This document shows, one piece after another, positions 35,120-48,068 of a stretch of 64,000 nt of DNA (the first letter of the stretch is position 1; each line of letters opens with the position of its first letter). The stretch covers positions 434,001 through 498,000 of the forward strand of contig NC_043016.1 in the NCBI RefSeq assembly GCF_006345805.1, written 5' to 3'. A program made the translations under genes and the position numbers. Origin of the DNA: Octopus sinensis (lineage: Eukaryota). The notes under the pieces are model-generated. The model was given only the letters and a program-made list of their open reading frames with translations. It had not been told where the DNA came from and ran no database searches.

Positions 35120-35856
35120 CAACAACAACAACAACAACAACCACAACAACAGCAGCAGCAACAACAACAACATAAACCAACAACAAGTTCAGACAACATT
35201 GAAAATGATAATTCTCACTGGAAATAAGTGTGGTGCGTTGAAGGTGGGTGGTGGTGGCTGTAGTGTCGTAGACTGTCTGAAATATCATCTGCGCATGATA
35301 GCAGACAAGTGCAGATGGCAGCGTGAATAAATGGTAAATAATACAGAAGCCAGAAGATAGAAGAACAAGGTGAAAATAGAAAGAGAAGAAGTAATAGGAA
35401 GAGGTGTAAGTGTAGAAGAATGAGGAGGAGTAAGAGGAGGTGGAAGAGGAAAAAGGAGAGCGAAGACGAGGACGAGAGCAGCATCGAAAAGCAATACAAC
35501 AACAACAACAACATCAACAACATCAACGAAGTAAGAATTAAGAGACAGAATTCAAAAGATGGCAGAGTAAAATAAAGAACGAAGAAGGATATATAGGTGT
35601 CGGTAGTAGTAGTAGCAGTGGTGGTGGTGGTTGTAATAATGGTTGTAGTGATGGTGGTGGTCATAGTAGTAGTGGGGGTAATGGTAATGGTGGTAGTCGT
35701 AATAGTAGTAGTAGTAGTGGTGATGGCGGTAGTAAAGGTGATGCTGGTGGTGGTGATAATGATAGTGGCTGTAGTAGCAGTAGTAATTATGATGGTAGTA
35801 GTAGTGGTAGTGGTAGTGGTGGTGTGGCCGTGGTATTAGTGGTGGCAGTATTTGTG

Positions 35857-35901
<45 letters not shown>

Positions 35902-35945
35902 ATAGTATTAGTCGTAGTATAGTAGTGGTAGTAGTAGTAGTAATA
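35120..35945. repeat. Compound trinucleotide and purine-rich tract (AAC, GAR, GTA/GTG)
   Basis: Direct inspection. Confidence 0.9.
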
Positions 35946-36621
35946 GTTGTTGCTTCACATTTTGACAAAAGGCCAGCTATATTTGAGAAGAAATTTAGTC
36001 AATTTCATTGTTCCCAGTACTCAAATGGTACTTTATTTTATTGCTTCTGTCCCAATTAAGGAAAGGTCAAACTTACCATCACGGGATTTGAACTCAGAAC
36101 GTAAAGAACCTTAAGAAATGTTTAATATTTTGTCCGACGCGCTAACGATACTGCCATATCGACATTAATGTTTTCAAATTTTGTCAAAGGGCCAGCGGTT
36201 TCTGAAAGGATAGAGGAGTCGATACTTCGATCCTAGTACTTGATTGGTGCTTGTTCCATCGTCCCAGAATGATTGAAAGGCATAATCGACCTTGGTGGTA
36301 TTTGAACTCGGAACATAAAGACGGTCAAAATGCTGCTAAACATCCCACCCTACTGCTAACGGTTCAGCCAGCTCGCCGCCTTCATCTCAATAATAATATT
36401 GATGGTTTCAAATTTTGTCACAAAGGCAGCCATTTTGGGGGAGAGGATGTGTCGATTACATCGATCCCAATGTTTCACTTGTACTTAATTTATCAACCCT
36501 GAAAGAATGAAAGACAAAGTAGAGCTGGGAGGAATTTGAACTCAGAACGTAGCGACGGGCGAAATACGCTAAGCATTTCATCCAGCGTGCTAACGATTCC
36601 GCCAGTTAGCTCTGCCTTATC

Positions 36622-36623
36622 AA

Positions 36624-36704
<81 letters not shown>

Positions 36705-36806
36705 TAATAATAATATAATAATAATAATATAATAATAATAACAATATAATAATACTAATAATAATAATAATAATACAATAATACTAATAATAATAATAAT
36801 AATAAC

Positions 36807-36847
<41 letters not shown>

Positions 36848-36864
36848 CAATAATAATAATAATA

Positions 36865-36916
<52 letters not shown>

Positions 36917-36930
36917 TAATAATAATACAA
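36622..36930. repeat. (AAT)n microsatellite; further long (AAT/ATT)n tracts at 3782-3853, 44815-44920 and 54340-54404
   Basis: Direct inspection. Confidence 0.97.
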
Positions 36931-37690
36931 TCTGTTCTACTATAAGCACAAGGCCCGAAATTTTGGGGGAAGGATAAGTCGATTAGATTGACCTCAGTAC
37001 TCAACTGGTACTTAATTTATTGATCCCTAAAGGATGAAATTCAAAGTCGACCTCGGCGGAATTTGAACTCAGAACACCCGGCGTATTAACGATTCTGTCA
37101 GTTCACCGCAACAACAACAACAACAACATTAATGGTTTCAAATTTTGGCACAAGGCCAGCAAATTCGGGGAGTATTAAATCGATAACATCAACTCCAGTG
37201 TTCAACTGCTACTTATTTCATCGACCCCGAAAGGATGAAAGGCAAAGTCGACCTCAGTGAATTTTAACAAGGAACGTAAAGACCGACGAAATACCTATTT
37301 CTATACTGCTCACAAGGGGCTAAACACAGAGAGGACAAACAAGGACAGACAAACGGATTAAGTCGGTTATATCGACCCCAGTGCGTAACTGGTACTTATT
37401 TAATCGACCCCGAAAGGATGAAAGGCAAAGTCGACCTTAGCGGAAATTGAACTCAGAACGTAATACAGACGAAATACCTATTTCTTTACTACCCAGAAGG
37501 GGCTAAACATAGAGGGGACAGACAAGGACAGACAAACGGATTAAGTCGATTATATCGACCCCAGTGCGTAACTGGTACTTATTTAATCGACCCCGAAAGG
37601 ATGAAAGTCAAAATCGACCTCAGCGGAAATTGAACTCAGAACGTAGCGACAGACGAAATTCCGCTAAGCATTTTGTCTGACGTACTAACA
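36920..37690 (-). mobile_element. Family A SINE cluster including a tandem multimer (period about 183 bp)
   Basis: gacgaaatacctatttct at 37285 and 37468, plus related copies at 36920-37270. Confidence 0.9.
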
Positions 37691-39241
37691 GAAGAAGCCA
37701 TATTAAAACCCAATAAATGAGTGTTTATAAAAAATACCAGTGGGGTGGGGAACTCTTATTTATTTATATTCTCACAGAAATAGGGTTCTTACTCAATCTT
37801 CCAATGTCTTCTATTGGCAAAATTGTCCTAAATCAACTTAATTTTTCATCAACCATATCGTTATAACGGTTCTACCAATTCGACGCCTTCAAAACACAAC
37901 AACAACAATAATAAAGAAGAAAAGAAAGAAAAGATGAAGGAAAAAAGTAGACAAGGTGGAAGAGGTTGGAAAGAAGAGAAGGAGAAAGTAGACAAACAAA
38001 CAAACAAAAAAGAAGGTTATTTATGCTTGTGGCTGGAACATAATTATGTGTCATTGGTGAGAGAAAAGAGAATGGCTACGGAAATTAAAACTTCTCGAAT
38101 GGCTTGATTTGTTTGCCTTTGGTTTATTTTCAGTAGCAACTTGTATAACTTACGAATCCCTAGTTTCATTCGCTACCATTTGTCTTCCGTGTGTCAATGT
38201 AATTCTAGTAATTGGTCAGTACTTATATTGTTGTCACTTTTCAGAAGGATAAAGTGCTAAGCTGATTTCGGCAGGATTTTCATCCAGAAAATAAAGGGCC
38301 GTGACTTAATTACGCAAATAATTTGACCGACGCTCTAGCATTCTTTCCGATCTAAAGGCTAGGTTTGGTGGTGTAGTTACACAGATTTAAGTGGCGCAAT
38401 CGTTCAGAGTTGACCATGCATTTGTACATGCGTATAGAAGTCTGTATAAGATTTTTTTGAGGAATGCTAGCATCGATTACAATCTAAGGAAATGGCTTCC
38501 ACCCTAGTACTAGTATCATCAACAACAATGCTGCCAAGACACAAAAAGTTGAGACAATACCTATTTCTTTATTACCCACAAGGGGCTAAACATAGAAGGG
38601 ACAAAAAAGTTTTTTATAACGCACTTTTGGGCAACCTTTCACATCCTGTCGACAAATGATATTTTGATTTGTATAAAAATGTCGGATATAAATGTTCTTA
38701 CTCAGCTTCTTTACTTTCTTCAAATATTGTTAATAATCACACACTTTTTTACCTATGGATTGGAGTCGTGAAACTGAGTTACGAAAATGAAGTGTCACAT
38801 GAATACCTACCTACCTACCTACCTACCTACCTACCTACCTACCTACATACATACATACCTACCTACCTACCTACATACCTACTTACCTATTTCTTTACTA
38901 CCCACAAGGGGCTAAACACAGAGAGGACAAACAAGGACAGACAAACGGATTAAGTCGATTATATCGACCCCAGTGCGTAACTGGTACTTAATTTATCGAC
39001 CCCGAAAGGATGACAGGCAAAGTCGATCTCGGCGGAATTTGAACTCAGAACGTAACGGCAGACGAAATACGGCTACGCATTTCGCCCGGCGTGCTAACGG
39101 TTCTGCCAGCTCGCTGCCTTTTACTTACCTACATACCTACCTACCTACCTACCAACCTACATACCTACCTACCTACCTACATACCTACCTGCCTGCCCGC
39201 CTACCTACCTCCATATATATATATATCCATACAAACATACA

Positions 39242-39285
<44 letters not shown>

Positions 39286-39476
39286 CATACATACATATAT
39301 ACGACGGGCTTCTTTCAGTTTCCTTCTACCAAATCCACTCACAAGGCTTTGGTCGGCCTGAGGCTATAGTAGAAGACACTTGCCCAAGGTTCCACACAGT
39401 TGGACTGAACCCACAACCATATGGTTGGTAAGTAAGCTACTTACCACACAGCCACTCCTACGCCTAATATACTTCT

Positions 39477-40080
39477 AATATAGGATAAAATTTATTTAAA
39501 AAATTTCATGAAGTGGCCAGCTTATTAAAATACGATTTAAAGTCTATTTCTCAGCATATTGGCATAGAAATTTTTTTTTTCTTTTGCCTTTATTTATAAT
39601 TGTTTATAGTTTTCACCTTTAAAGGTATTTTAATATACTGGCCACTTGATGAAATTTTTTGAAAAAAATTTTATCCTATATTAGAAGTAAATTCATTACC
39701 ATTTACTTCGGGACTGGTGACCAATCTAAGCTGTGGTTCCTGACCGATTACATGTGTGATAAGGCTCGCTACGGAATTTTTATATTTAGATATATTTGGG
39801 GTACTTCTGCTTTTTTTCCATGGGAGCCTGTAAGTACTTCATTTATTTCTTATCGTATTCTCTGCTGATGTGGGGAAAATCCGTTGGATTAATCCCGAAA
39901 TTGATTCAATATAGAGATAAAGTATTTAAAAAAATTCTGTTAGCTCGCTTTCCTCGATTTCAGCACGTCGTGTATTCATGGTTAATGTATAATGTATGTG
40001 GCGATTGACGATTTAAAGTCTATTTCTCAGCATATTGGCATAGAAATCTTTTTTCTTTTGCCCTTGTTTATAATTGTATA
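39477..40080 (+). mobile_element. HHR-bearing ~476-bp direct-repeat element, copy 2, with inverted 5' segment
   Basis: acgatttaaagtctatttctcagc recurs at 39532 and 40008 (period 476); 39477-39533 is the reverse complement of 39625-39682; collinear homology to copy 1 (atttggggtactt, ttccatggg, catttatttctt). Confidence 0.75.
39859..39917 (+). ncRNA. Type I hammerhead ribozyme, homolog of the 32081 motif, with core A9 changed to T
   Basis: Stem I TCTCTG/TAGAGA; core CTGATGT; stem II GGGG/TCCC plus AATCC/GGATT; GAAA (39897-900); stem III ATTG/CAAT; AUA triplet ending at 39911. Confidence 0.8.
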
Positions 40081-40120
40081 TACATACATACATACATACA
40101 TACATACATACATACATACA

Positions 40121-40155
<35 letters not shown>

Positions 40156-40156
<1 letters not shown>

Positions 40157-40458
40157 TTATGGCTTCCCCCTCGTTATCGCGTATGGCCATTGCACGAAGC
40201 TTAACCGTTACTGGTGCTGTGATCGAATGTGACTTTTTAGCCCAGCTAAAGATCTACAATGTCTTGTACAGAATTGGCAGCTAAAACCTTTACCGGTAAT
40301 AACCGTCTGTAGTTGTAACTGGGCTTCATGTACCTTTGCATGTCGTTTAAGTCCTCCTGCCGAATTACACTCTCTTCCAGATGCCCGACAGATATGATTA
40401 GTATGGTGTGTTACACTACCACCAGTGGCCAGGTTGTCACTCATCTGTCTCGCTTTAT
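40156..40458 (-). mobile_element. Second, more truncated copy of the zinc-finger RTE-like LINE 3' end
   Basis: Collinear with 6978-7277; translates MSDNLATGGSVTHHTNHICRASGRECNSAGGLKRHAKVH...CQFCTRHCRSLAGLKSHIRSQHQ*; tail runs into (TACA)n at 40080-40150. Confidence 0.75.
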
Positions 40459-40550
40459 GTATATTGTATATGTGTATGTGTGGATATATAGATATATGTA
40501 TATATGTATATATGTATGTTTTTGTCTGTGTGTGTATGTTTGTGTGTGTG

Positions 40551-40588
<38 letters not shown>

Positions 40589-40864
40589 TATACGTGAAGG
40601 CGCGTGGCTTAGTGGTTATGTTATTCGACTCACGATCGTAAGGTCGTGAATTTGTCTCCAGGGAAGCGCGTTTTGTGCTTGAGCAAGACACTTTATTTCA
40701 AGGAGTCAGCTTTGTCACATTCTGTGTCACGCTGAATCTCACTCAGATTTAGAGTACACATGTCTGTGGAGTTCTCAACCACATGCATGTTAATCTCTCG
40801 AGCAGGCTGTTCTGTTGGTCAACTGCAACCTTCGACGTCGTAACCGATAGAATGCCAGTTTTTC

Positions 40865-41255
40865 TCTTTCACTCTTTACTCTTTTACTTGTTTCAGTCAT
40901 TTGACTGTGGCCATGCTGGAGCATCGCCTTTAGTCGAGCAAATCGACCGCAGCACTTATTCTTTGTAAGCCTAGTACTTATTCTATTGGTCTCTTTTGCC
41001 GAACCGCTAAGTTACGGAGACGTAAATATACCAGCATCGGTTGTCAAGCGATATTGGGGGGACAAACACAGACACACAAACACACACACGCAATATATGG
41101 GGCATCTTTCAGTTTCCGTCTACCAAATCCACTCACAAGGCTTTGGTCGGTCCGAGGCTATAGTGGAAGACACTTGCTCAAGGTGACACACAGTGGGACT
41201 GAACCCGGAACCATGTGGTTGGTAAGCAAGCTACTTACCACACAGCCACTCCTGC
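40865..41255 (-). mobile_element. CORE-type SINE, full-length
   Basis: Reverse complement of the family B consensus. Confidence 0.9.
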
Positions 41256-41581
41256 ACCTATATATAAGTACATGCGTAGAAATGCAGAATTATCGAACAC
41301 CATACACTATAAATTGTTGATTTGTTAAAAGTTATTTATTGTCTTATTGTTTAATTACACAAATTTCTTATGGCATAAGCGTATTCTATTTTTTTTTTGT
41401 ATAAGTTTATGTCAGCTGTTGGTGTTAAGATAGAACAATTGTCATGCTGGTGACATCTATTGAGGTGGAAACATATCCAGAACTGTTCTTGGTTTATCAA
41501 CTTTGGAGGATCTTCGGCTCTTGAGATTATTTGCCCTTCTCAAAAGGAGCTGATCTTAATTTCCATTTGGCAATTATGGCA

Positions 41582-41895
41582 CACTAGCACTATGACCCGG
41601 CGTTGCCGGGTCATAGTGCTAGTGCATGCATATACAGCTGCGTGTGTGCGTGCGCACATACACGCGAATACTCTCCAAATCTCCGACCAATCACATACAG
41701 CTAGCTGAAATTCAATTGGCGTATCAAGTTTCGGGCATTTTGATTGGGTTTTGGATAGAAAATTCACAAAAAAGTCACTTCTATTGGTTTTTAATGGCTT
41801 TGCGGGGTGACTGGGGAAATGTAAAGATGTGCACGACCACCCTTGGACGGTTTTGAATGTGGATTTGTATAAAGGACACACACACACACACACAC
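41582..41895 (-). mobile_element. HINE family 1 copy with a perfect 20-bp terminal hairpin
   Basis: CACTAGCACTATGACCCGGC-GTT-GCCGGGTCATAGTGCTAGTG at 41582-41624; body collinear with the reverse complement of 18094-18471. Confidence 0.75.
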
Positions 41896-42246
41896 ATTTT
41901 ACCGTTTATATAGAGAGAAATTCTCTAGAGGTGGAGATAGTTAATATCTCAAGAATTTATATTGTATGGTATCTGATATATCTTTATTTATCTAGGTTGC
42001 TCAAATACACGCCAAAGGCCACCTTAAGCACATTTCTGTTCACCCACACATCTGTCTCGCTCAAAATTTTAAAAAAGTTTGTATGTATGCTCAATTGTAC
42101 TCCCATCCTCTCATTTATATATAACACGTTTGTTCATCCGTAGCTGCTTTCTTTCAGACTCTCCGTGTTTAGTTCTCCCACTCATCATTCTCTTTCCTTT
42201 ATCATCTCTTTTATTCTCCATCTGTATATATATATGCGTGTGTGTG

Positions 42247-42281
<35 letters not shown>

Positions 42282-42436
42282 ATATGTATATTAATATAAT
42301 ATATATGTATATAATATATATAATATTAAATATATATATATATATAAATATATATATATATAAATAAATAATAATATATATATATATATATATTATATAT
42401 ATAAATATAAATAAATATATATTTATAAAAATAAAA

Positions 42437-42514
<78 letters not shown>

Positions 42515-43889
42515 CATGCACACACACACACACATACACACACACTCACCCACACACACGTTTCTCTTTTTTACCTTCCCTCTTTCTCTCTTACGACTTC
42601 ATTTCGCTTTTTTTACTGACTGCTAATTGTCACGAACGATGTCATAGATGATATCACGATGTATTTTTCTCTGTCTGTCTGTCTGTCTGTCTCTGTCTCT
42701 GTCTGTCTCTCTCTTTTTCTCTTTCTCTTTCTCTTTCCCTTGTTCTTTTTTTTTTTTTATCTCACTTTCACTTTCTCTGAAAATTGACTTACCTCTCTGA
42801 GAGTTCTCTTTTTTTTATTTCCCGTTTCTTTTCTCCCTTTTACGATTTGACTTTGACAGTTTCAACCTCTCTCAGCACTTACAGCTCATAAAATCTCTTT
42901 TGAGGTTCGACATCAAATGCTATTTAATTAAAAATTATGTTACAAAAAACACTTCGTTGTTTACGTTTTCTACTTTCTGGCACTCGAATTGTTTACATTC
43001 TTACATTTCTCGAAGTCACATTTTTATAATTTCTCATTAATACTGTAAGACGAAGGTCAGTGATAATTTCGTTCCACAACATCAACGTTTGTGTAGCTTC
43101 TTGATTGTAATTTTTCTTATCATTCTAATCATAACAGATTTTTTCCCTCCCATTTGTAAAAGAAAAAAAAACACAAAAAACATCTGCTTATAATTATTTT
43201 TTGTTTTGATAATTTGTTTCCGTCAATTATGCCACAGGAAAGGATGTACTCAATCTATATCGTTTTCTGCTGGCAAATCCACGTGTGTTCTATTGGCAAC
43301 AGAAACAAAGAAACTGTGTCAACAAAGACTTCAAGTAAATGTTGCCAGGAATGCAGCTAACAGAAAACTTGAGAGATCGATGGTTATCTTGATATTTGTT
43401 GTAGAACAGTATGCAGTCAGACAACCTGATCATACAAACAATGAGATCCACAAATGTATACGACGTCAGGCAGAAAACTCAAAGAGCAAAATAAGCAGGA
43501 GTTAGATCTCAGCCATTTATTCACGAACTGAAGAGAAGACTTGCCTTCGACTATGATACAGGACATGACTATACTTCTGAAAAAAATAGTTTCAGTTGGT
43601 ACCATGTCCACCAAGCGCTTAGTCAATGAATGGAAACGAGGTTAATGCAATGAACTTTTCCAACGGAAACGTTAATCGACCCACCCTTGTTGGCTCACAG
43701 GAACACCTCTAACAGATTGTTGTTACTAAGAAATATTTTTAAGAATATCAAAATATATAAACCTGCAAACGACTTCTTATGGAAATAAAACTGTTTTCAT
43801 TTTCCCCTTAACCCTGATTTAAAAAAAAATTATTTCATACTCTTGAATTTAGTACATATCATTTTCACAATAAATTATCAAATATACTA

Positions 43890-44305
43890 CAGTAATCTCT
43901 CGACTATCGCGGGTGTTCCGTTCCAAAACTTCCCGCGATAGGTGAAAATTCGCGAAGTAGAAACAGTACTGTACTGGGATCTTTTCGGTTTGAACGGCAG
44001 TTTTTAAAAATAATTTCCACGTAACTAAACACTTTTAAACTTCGTATACTGGTAGAATGTGCTTATAAAACATCTTTTTCTCTTGGCTATATTGAGAAAA
44101 TTCTATAGTTTGTAAGGTATTTGTTGTTTCTTTTTTCTTCAATTTCTGCAATTTCAACCAATCAATGACGTCTAATTCAGGTGAAAACATTCTATGCCGT
44201 AAGAATATGTCCCTCGTTTAAGAAACAGATTGGGTTTATTTACATTTCTGAAGAAAAAAAAGATACCCTCCCCCCACCCCTAACCCTAACCAAACAGATT
44301 GAAGT
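43890..44305. mobile_element. Tigger/pogo-like terminus followed by a partial copy of the TTAGGG-containing TIR element
   Basis: ta|cagtaatctctcgactatcgcggg at 43890; ggatcttttcggtttgaacggcag from about 43976; cccctaaccctaacc at 44277-44291. Confidence 0.6.
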
Positions 44306-44818
44306 ATATATGGACTCTCCCGTCTAAGACCTGCCCAAATGATTTGTTGATAATGGTCAAATACATGTGCCGTACATTAGCTGACTCTCCCTCCATCAAA
44401 TCTACGTTGCCTGAACAGGTGCACAAGTGTACCACGCCTCAGGTGTCGAAGTGATCACAGAATAATGTGGGATGAGGTGTTTTGTTCAGGAACACAACGC
44501 AACACTCTGTCTAGGAATTGAAACCACGATGGAGCGATCATGAGGGCAAGACCCCAATCTTTAAGCCACGCACACTCACACAACAACAACAACATATTTC
44601 TTTATTACCCACAAGGGGTTAAATATAGAGGGGACAAACAAAGACAGAGAAAGGGATTAAATCGATTACATCGACCCCAGTGCGTAACTGGTACTTAATT
44701 TATCGACCCTGAAAGGATGAAAGGCAAAGTCGACCTCGGCGGAATTTGAACTCAGAACGTAACGGCAGACGAAATACCGCTAAGCTTTCGCCCAGCGTGC
44801 TAACGTTTCTGCCTAGTA

Positions 44819-44896
<78 letters not shown>

Positions 44897-45599
44897 TAAT
44901 AATAATAATAATAATAATACAAGGACCACACAATCATTTAATGATATGTTATACTAAACATAATTAATTAGGTACAGCTCGCATAATTATCAATAATTCT
45001 GCGCTGTCTAACATCTATCCATGCCGATCCTGTTACTATTAATTTATTTTCACCCTTAAACCCTTTCTCTCCTCCAAATCTAACATTGATCTAATAATTA
45101 CCTACCAGCAAAGTCAATTTGCGTTAAAGAGTTCATGTTGATAACCATATTAAATTCGCAATCCCTATAGATATACACAGTTCGCTTCAAACGCCATCCA
45201 TTACATCTAACTAATTGATACTTCTCAACATCTGCATCTGATATCTTCAGAGCACATTCTTATAATTAAGCTAAGTACAGCCAGCCCACACTCGCGAGCG
45301 ACCATGGTTTGGTAACATGTACCGTGTTTTGGTTAATTATTGTAGGTGCCTGTTTAGTCGCGAGCACATATAGACACATTTTTGTACTTTCACTTTTGAC
45401 TAACAGGTACATTTAAGCGAGTGACACCAGGTGAGAGAGAGAGGGAGGGGAGAGAAGACAGAGAGAAAGGGAGAGAGAAGAGGAGAGAGAAGAGGAGAGA
45501 CAAAGGAAGAAGGAGAGAGAGAGAAATATATATATAGGAAGCCATGATAGATCGTTAGTTCCTACACGCATTTTTTCTCTCCTTGTTTTTTTCTGTGTA

Positions 45600-45636
45600 T
45601 CTTTCTGTCGAGAGCGTAGGCTCGAAACGTAAAAGA
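45600..45636 (+). ncRNA. Minimal Penelope-type hammerhead-like motif with A6 changed to T
   Basis: TCTTT-CTGTCGA-GAGC-gtag-GCTC-GAAAC-GTA-AAAGA: 5-bp stem I, 4-bp stem II, GUA triplet. Confidence 0.7.
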
Positions 45637-45742
45637 CTTTTTCTATTTCTATTCCTGAGCGCTATACTATACATTTGTTTGTTTGTACTCCACTGCCTTC
45701 GTCTTTTGTATTTTCGTAAACTTTCCTGTTATATATTTATAT

Positions 45743-45777
<35 letters not shown>

Positions 45778-45811
45778 TATATAATAATATATATTATATA
45801 CGTATGTGTGT

Positions 45812-46130
45812 GTGAAGGCGACTGGCTAGGGTATTTGACTCATGTCGTAAGGTCGTCAGCTCAATTCCCGGCAACCTGTTGTATCCTTGAGCGAGACACT
45901 TAATTTCACGTTGCTCCAGTCCACTCGGCTGGCAAAAAATGAGTTGTACCTGTATTTCAAGGCGCCAGCCTTGTCACATCCTGTGTCATACTGATTATCC
46001 CTGAGAACTACGTTAAAAGTACGCATGTCTGTGGAGTGCTCAGCCACTTACACATTAATTTCACGAGAAGGCTGTTCCGTTGATCGGATCAACTGGAACC
46101 CTCGTCGTCGTAACCGACGGAGTGCCAGTT
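45812..46130 (+). mobile_element. tRNA-headed SINE family D whose tail runs into the (ATGT)n array
   Basis: gtgaaggcg..ggctagggt..., body ttgagc.agacact..atttcac, end gacggagtgccagtt. Relatives at 8850-9170(-), 40594-40860, 44400-44575(-), 49912-50110, 50140-50442(-). Confidence 0.8.
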
Positions 46131-46131
46131 G

Positions 46132-46163
<32 letters not shown>

Positions 46164-46315
46164 TGTATGTATGTATGTATGTATGTATGTATGTATGTAT
46201 GTATGTATATGTATGGTATGCATGTATGTAGGTAGGTGTGTGTGTATGTATGTATGTACGTATGTAGTATGTATGTATGTATGTATGTATGCATGCATGT
46301 ATGTACGTATGTATG

Positions 46316-46349
<34 letters not shown>

Positions 46350-47165
46350 TGTATGTATGTATGTATGTATGTATGTATGTATGTATGTATGTATGTATGT
46401 ATGTATGCATGCATGCATGCATGTATGTATGTATGTATGTATGTATGTATGTATGTATGTATGTATGTATGTATGTGTGTGTGTATGTATGTATGTATGT
46501 ATGTATGCATGCATGCATGCATGTATGTATGTATGTATGTATGTATGTATGTATGTATGTATGTATGTATGTATGGTGTGTGTTGTTGTATGTATGCATG
46601 CATGCATGCATGTATGTATGTATGTATGTATGTATGTATGTATGTATGTATGTATGTATGCATGCATGTATGTATGTATGTATGTATGTATGTATGTATG
46701 TATGTATGTATGTATGTATGTATGTATGTATGCATGCATGCATGTATGTATGTATGTATGTATGTATGTATTTGCATGCATGCATGCTGTATGTATGTAT
46801 GTATGTATGTATGTATGCATGCCATGCAGCATGCATTATGTATTATGTAGTATGTATGTAGTATGTGTGTGTATGTATGTATGTAATGTATGTATGTATG
46901 TATGTATGTATGTATGCATGCATGCATGCATGCATGCATTATGTATGTAATGTATGTATGTATGCATGTATTGCATGTATGTATGTATGTATGTATGCAT
47001 GCATGCATCATGTATGTATGTATGTATGTATGTATGTATGTATGTATGTATGTATGTATGCATGCATCCATGCATGCATGCATGTATGTATGTATGTATG
47101 TATGTATGTATGTATGTATGTATGTATGTATGTATGTATGCATGCATGTATGTATGTATGTATAT
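46131..47165. repeat. About 1-kb (ATGT)n/(ATGC)n microsatellite array
   Basis: Direct inspection. Confidence 0.98.
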
Positions 47166-47611
47166 ACGTTTGTATATATGTATATCTATAGATATAAATT
47201 TGACATGGGCGATTCTGTCTTGTCTTGGGATTCACGGTCAAATGGTTGGCTGGAACTGCGCGAAAAATTACACAGATGTGTAGAATGATCCGATGGTGTT
47301 GCTGGACTTTGTATTTTTTCATAGCTCCCATGGTTACCGAGATAATCTACTATAATAATACTCTTGTGTTTATGAATGAGGAGGGAAGGGGTGATGTCAT
47401 ACTTGGTAGCGGGATGATGAAAATAGTACGCTGAAAAAATAGTACGTTTCAACCCTATGTGAATATATGCGTGTGTATATAAAAGGGGGTATGTGAATGT
47501 GTGTGTGTGTTTGTGTGTGTATGTGTGTGTGCGTATGCGCGCGCAATGGAAGTGAGATTTTTTGTGAAGTTTTGTAGTGTTTCAGTTATTTGTTTTTTTT
47601 AGTTTCAGATA

Positions 47612-48068
47612 CTCTCTCTTTACTCTTTTACTTGTTTCAGTCTGTTGACTGCGGCCATGCTGGAGCACCGCCTTTAGTCGAGCAACTCGACCCCGGGACT
47701 TATTTTTTGTAAGCCCAGTACTTATTCTATCGGTCTCTTTTTGCCGAACCGCTAAGTGACGGGGACGTAAACACACCAGCATCAGTTGTCAAGCTAGGGG
47801 GACAAACACACACACACAAACACACACACACAAACACACACACATACACACACACATATATATATACATATATACGACAGGCTTCTTACAGTTTCCATCT
47901 ACCAAATCCACTCACAAGGCATTGGTCGGCCCGGGTCTATAGCAGAAGACACTCGCCCAAGGTGCCATACAGTGGGACTGAACCCGGAACCATGTGGTTG
48001 GTTAGCAAGCTACTTACCATACAGCCACTCCTCTGCCTATACTTACCACACAGCCACTCCTGCGCCTA
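47612..48068 (-). mobile_element. CORE-type SINE with a duplicated head fragment
   Basis: Reverse complement of family B; tacttacca.acagccactcct...gcctat occurs twice at 48010-48068. Confidence 0.88.

Noticed and set aside
43527-43560. Hammerhead candidate CTGAAGA-GAAG..CTTC-GACT
   Set aside because: GAAA is replaced by GACT and there is no stem I or III pairing.
46048-47331. ORFs of 200-360 aa (MYVC/HTYI repeats), likewise at 55154-56224
   Set aside because: (ATGT)n has no stop codons; pure microsatellite artefact.
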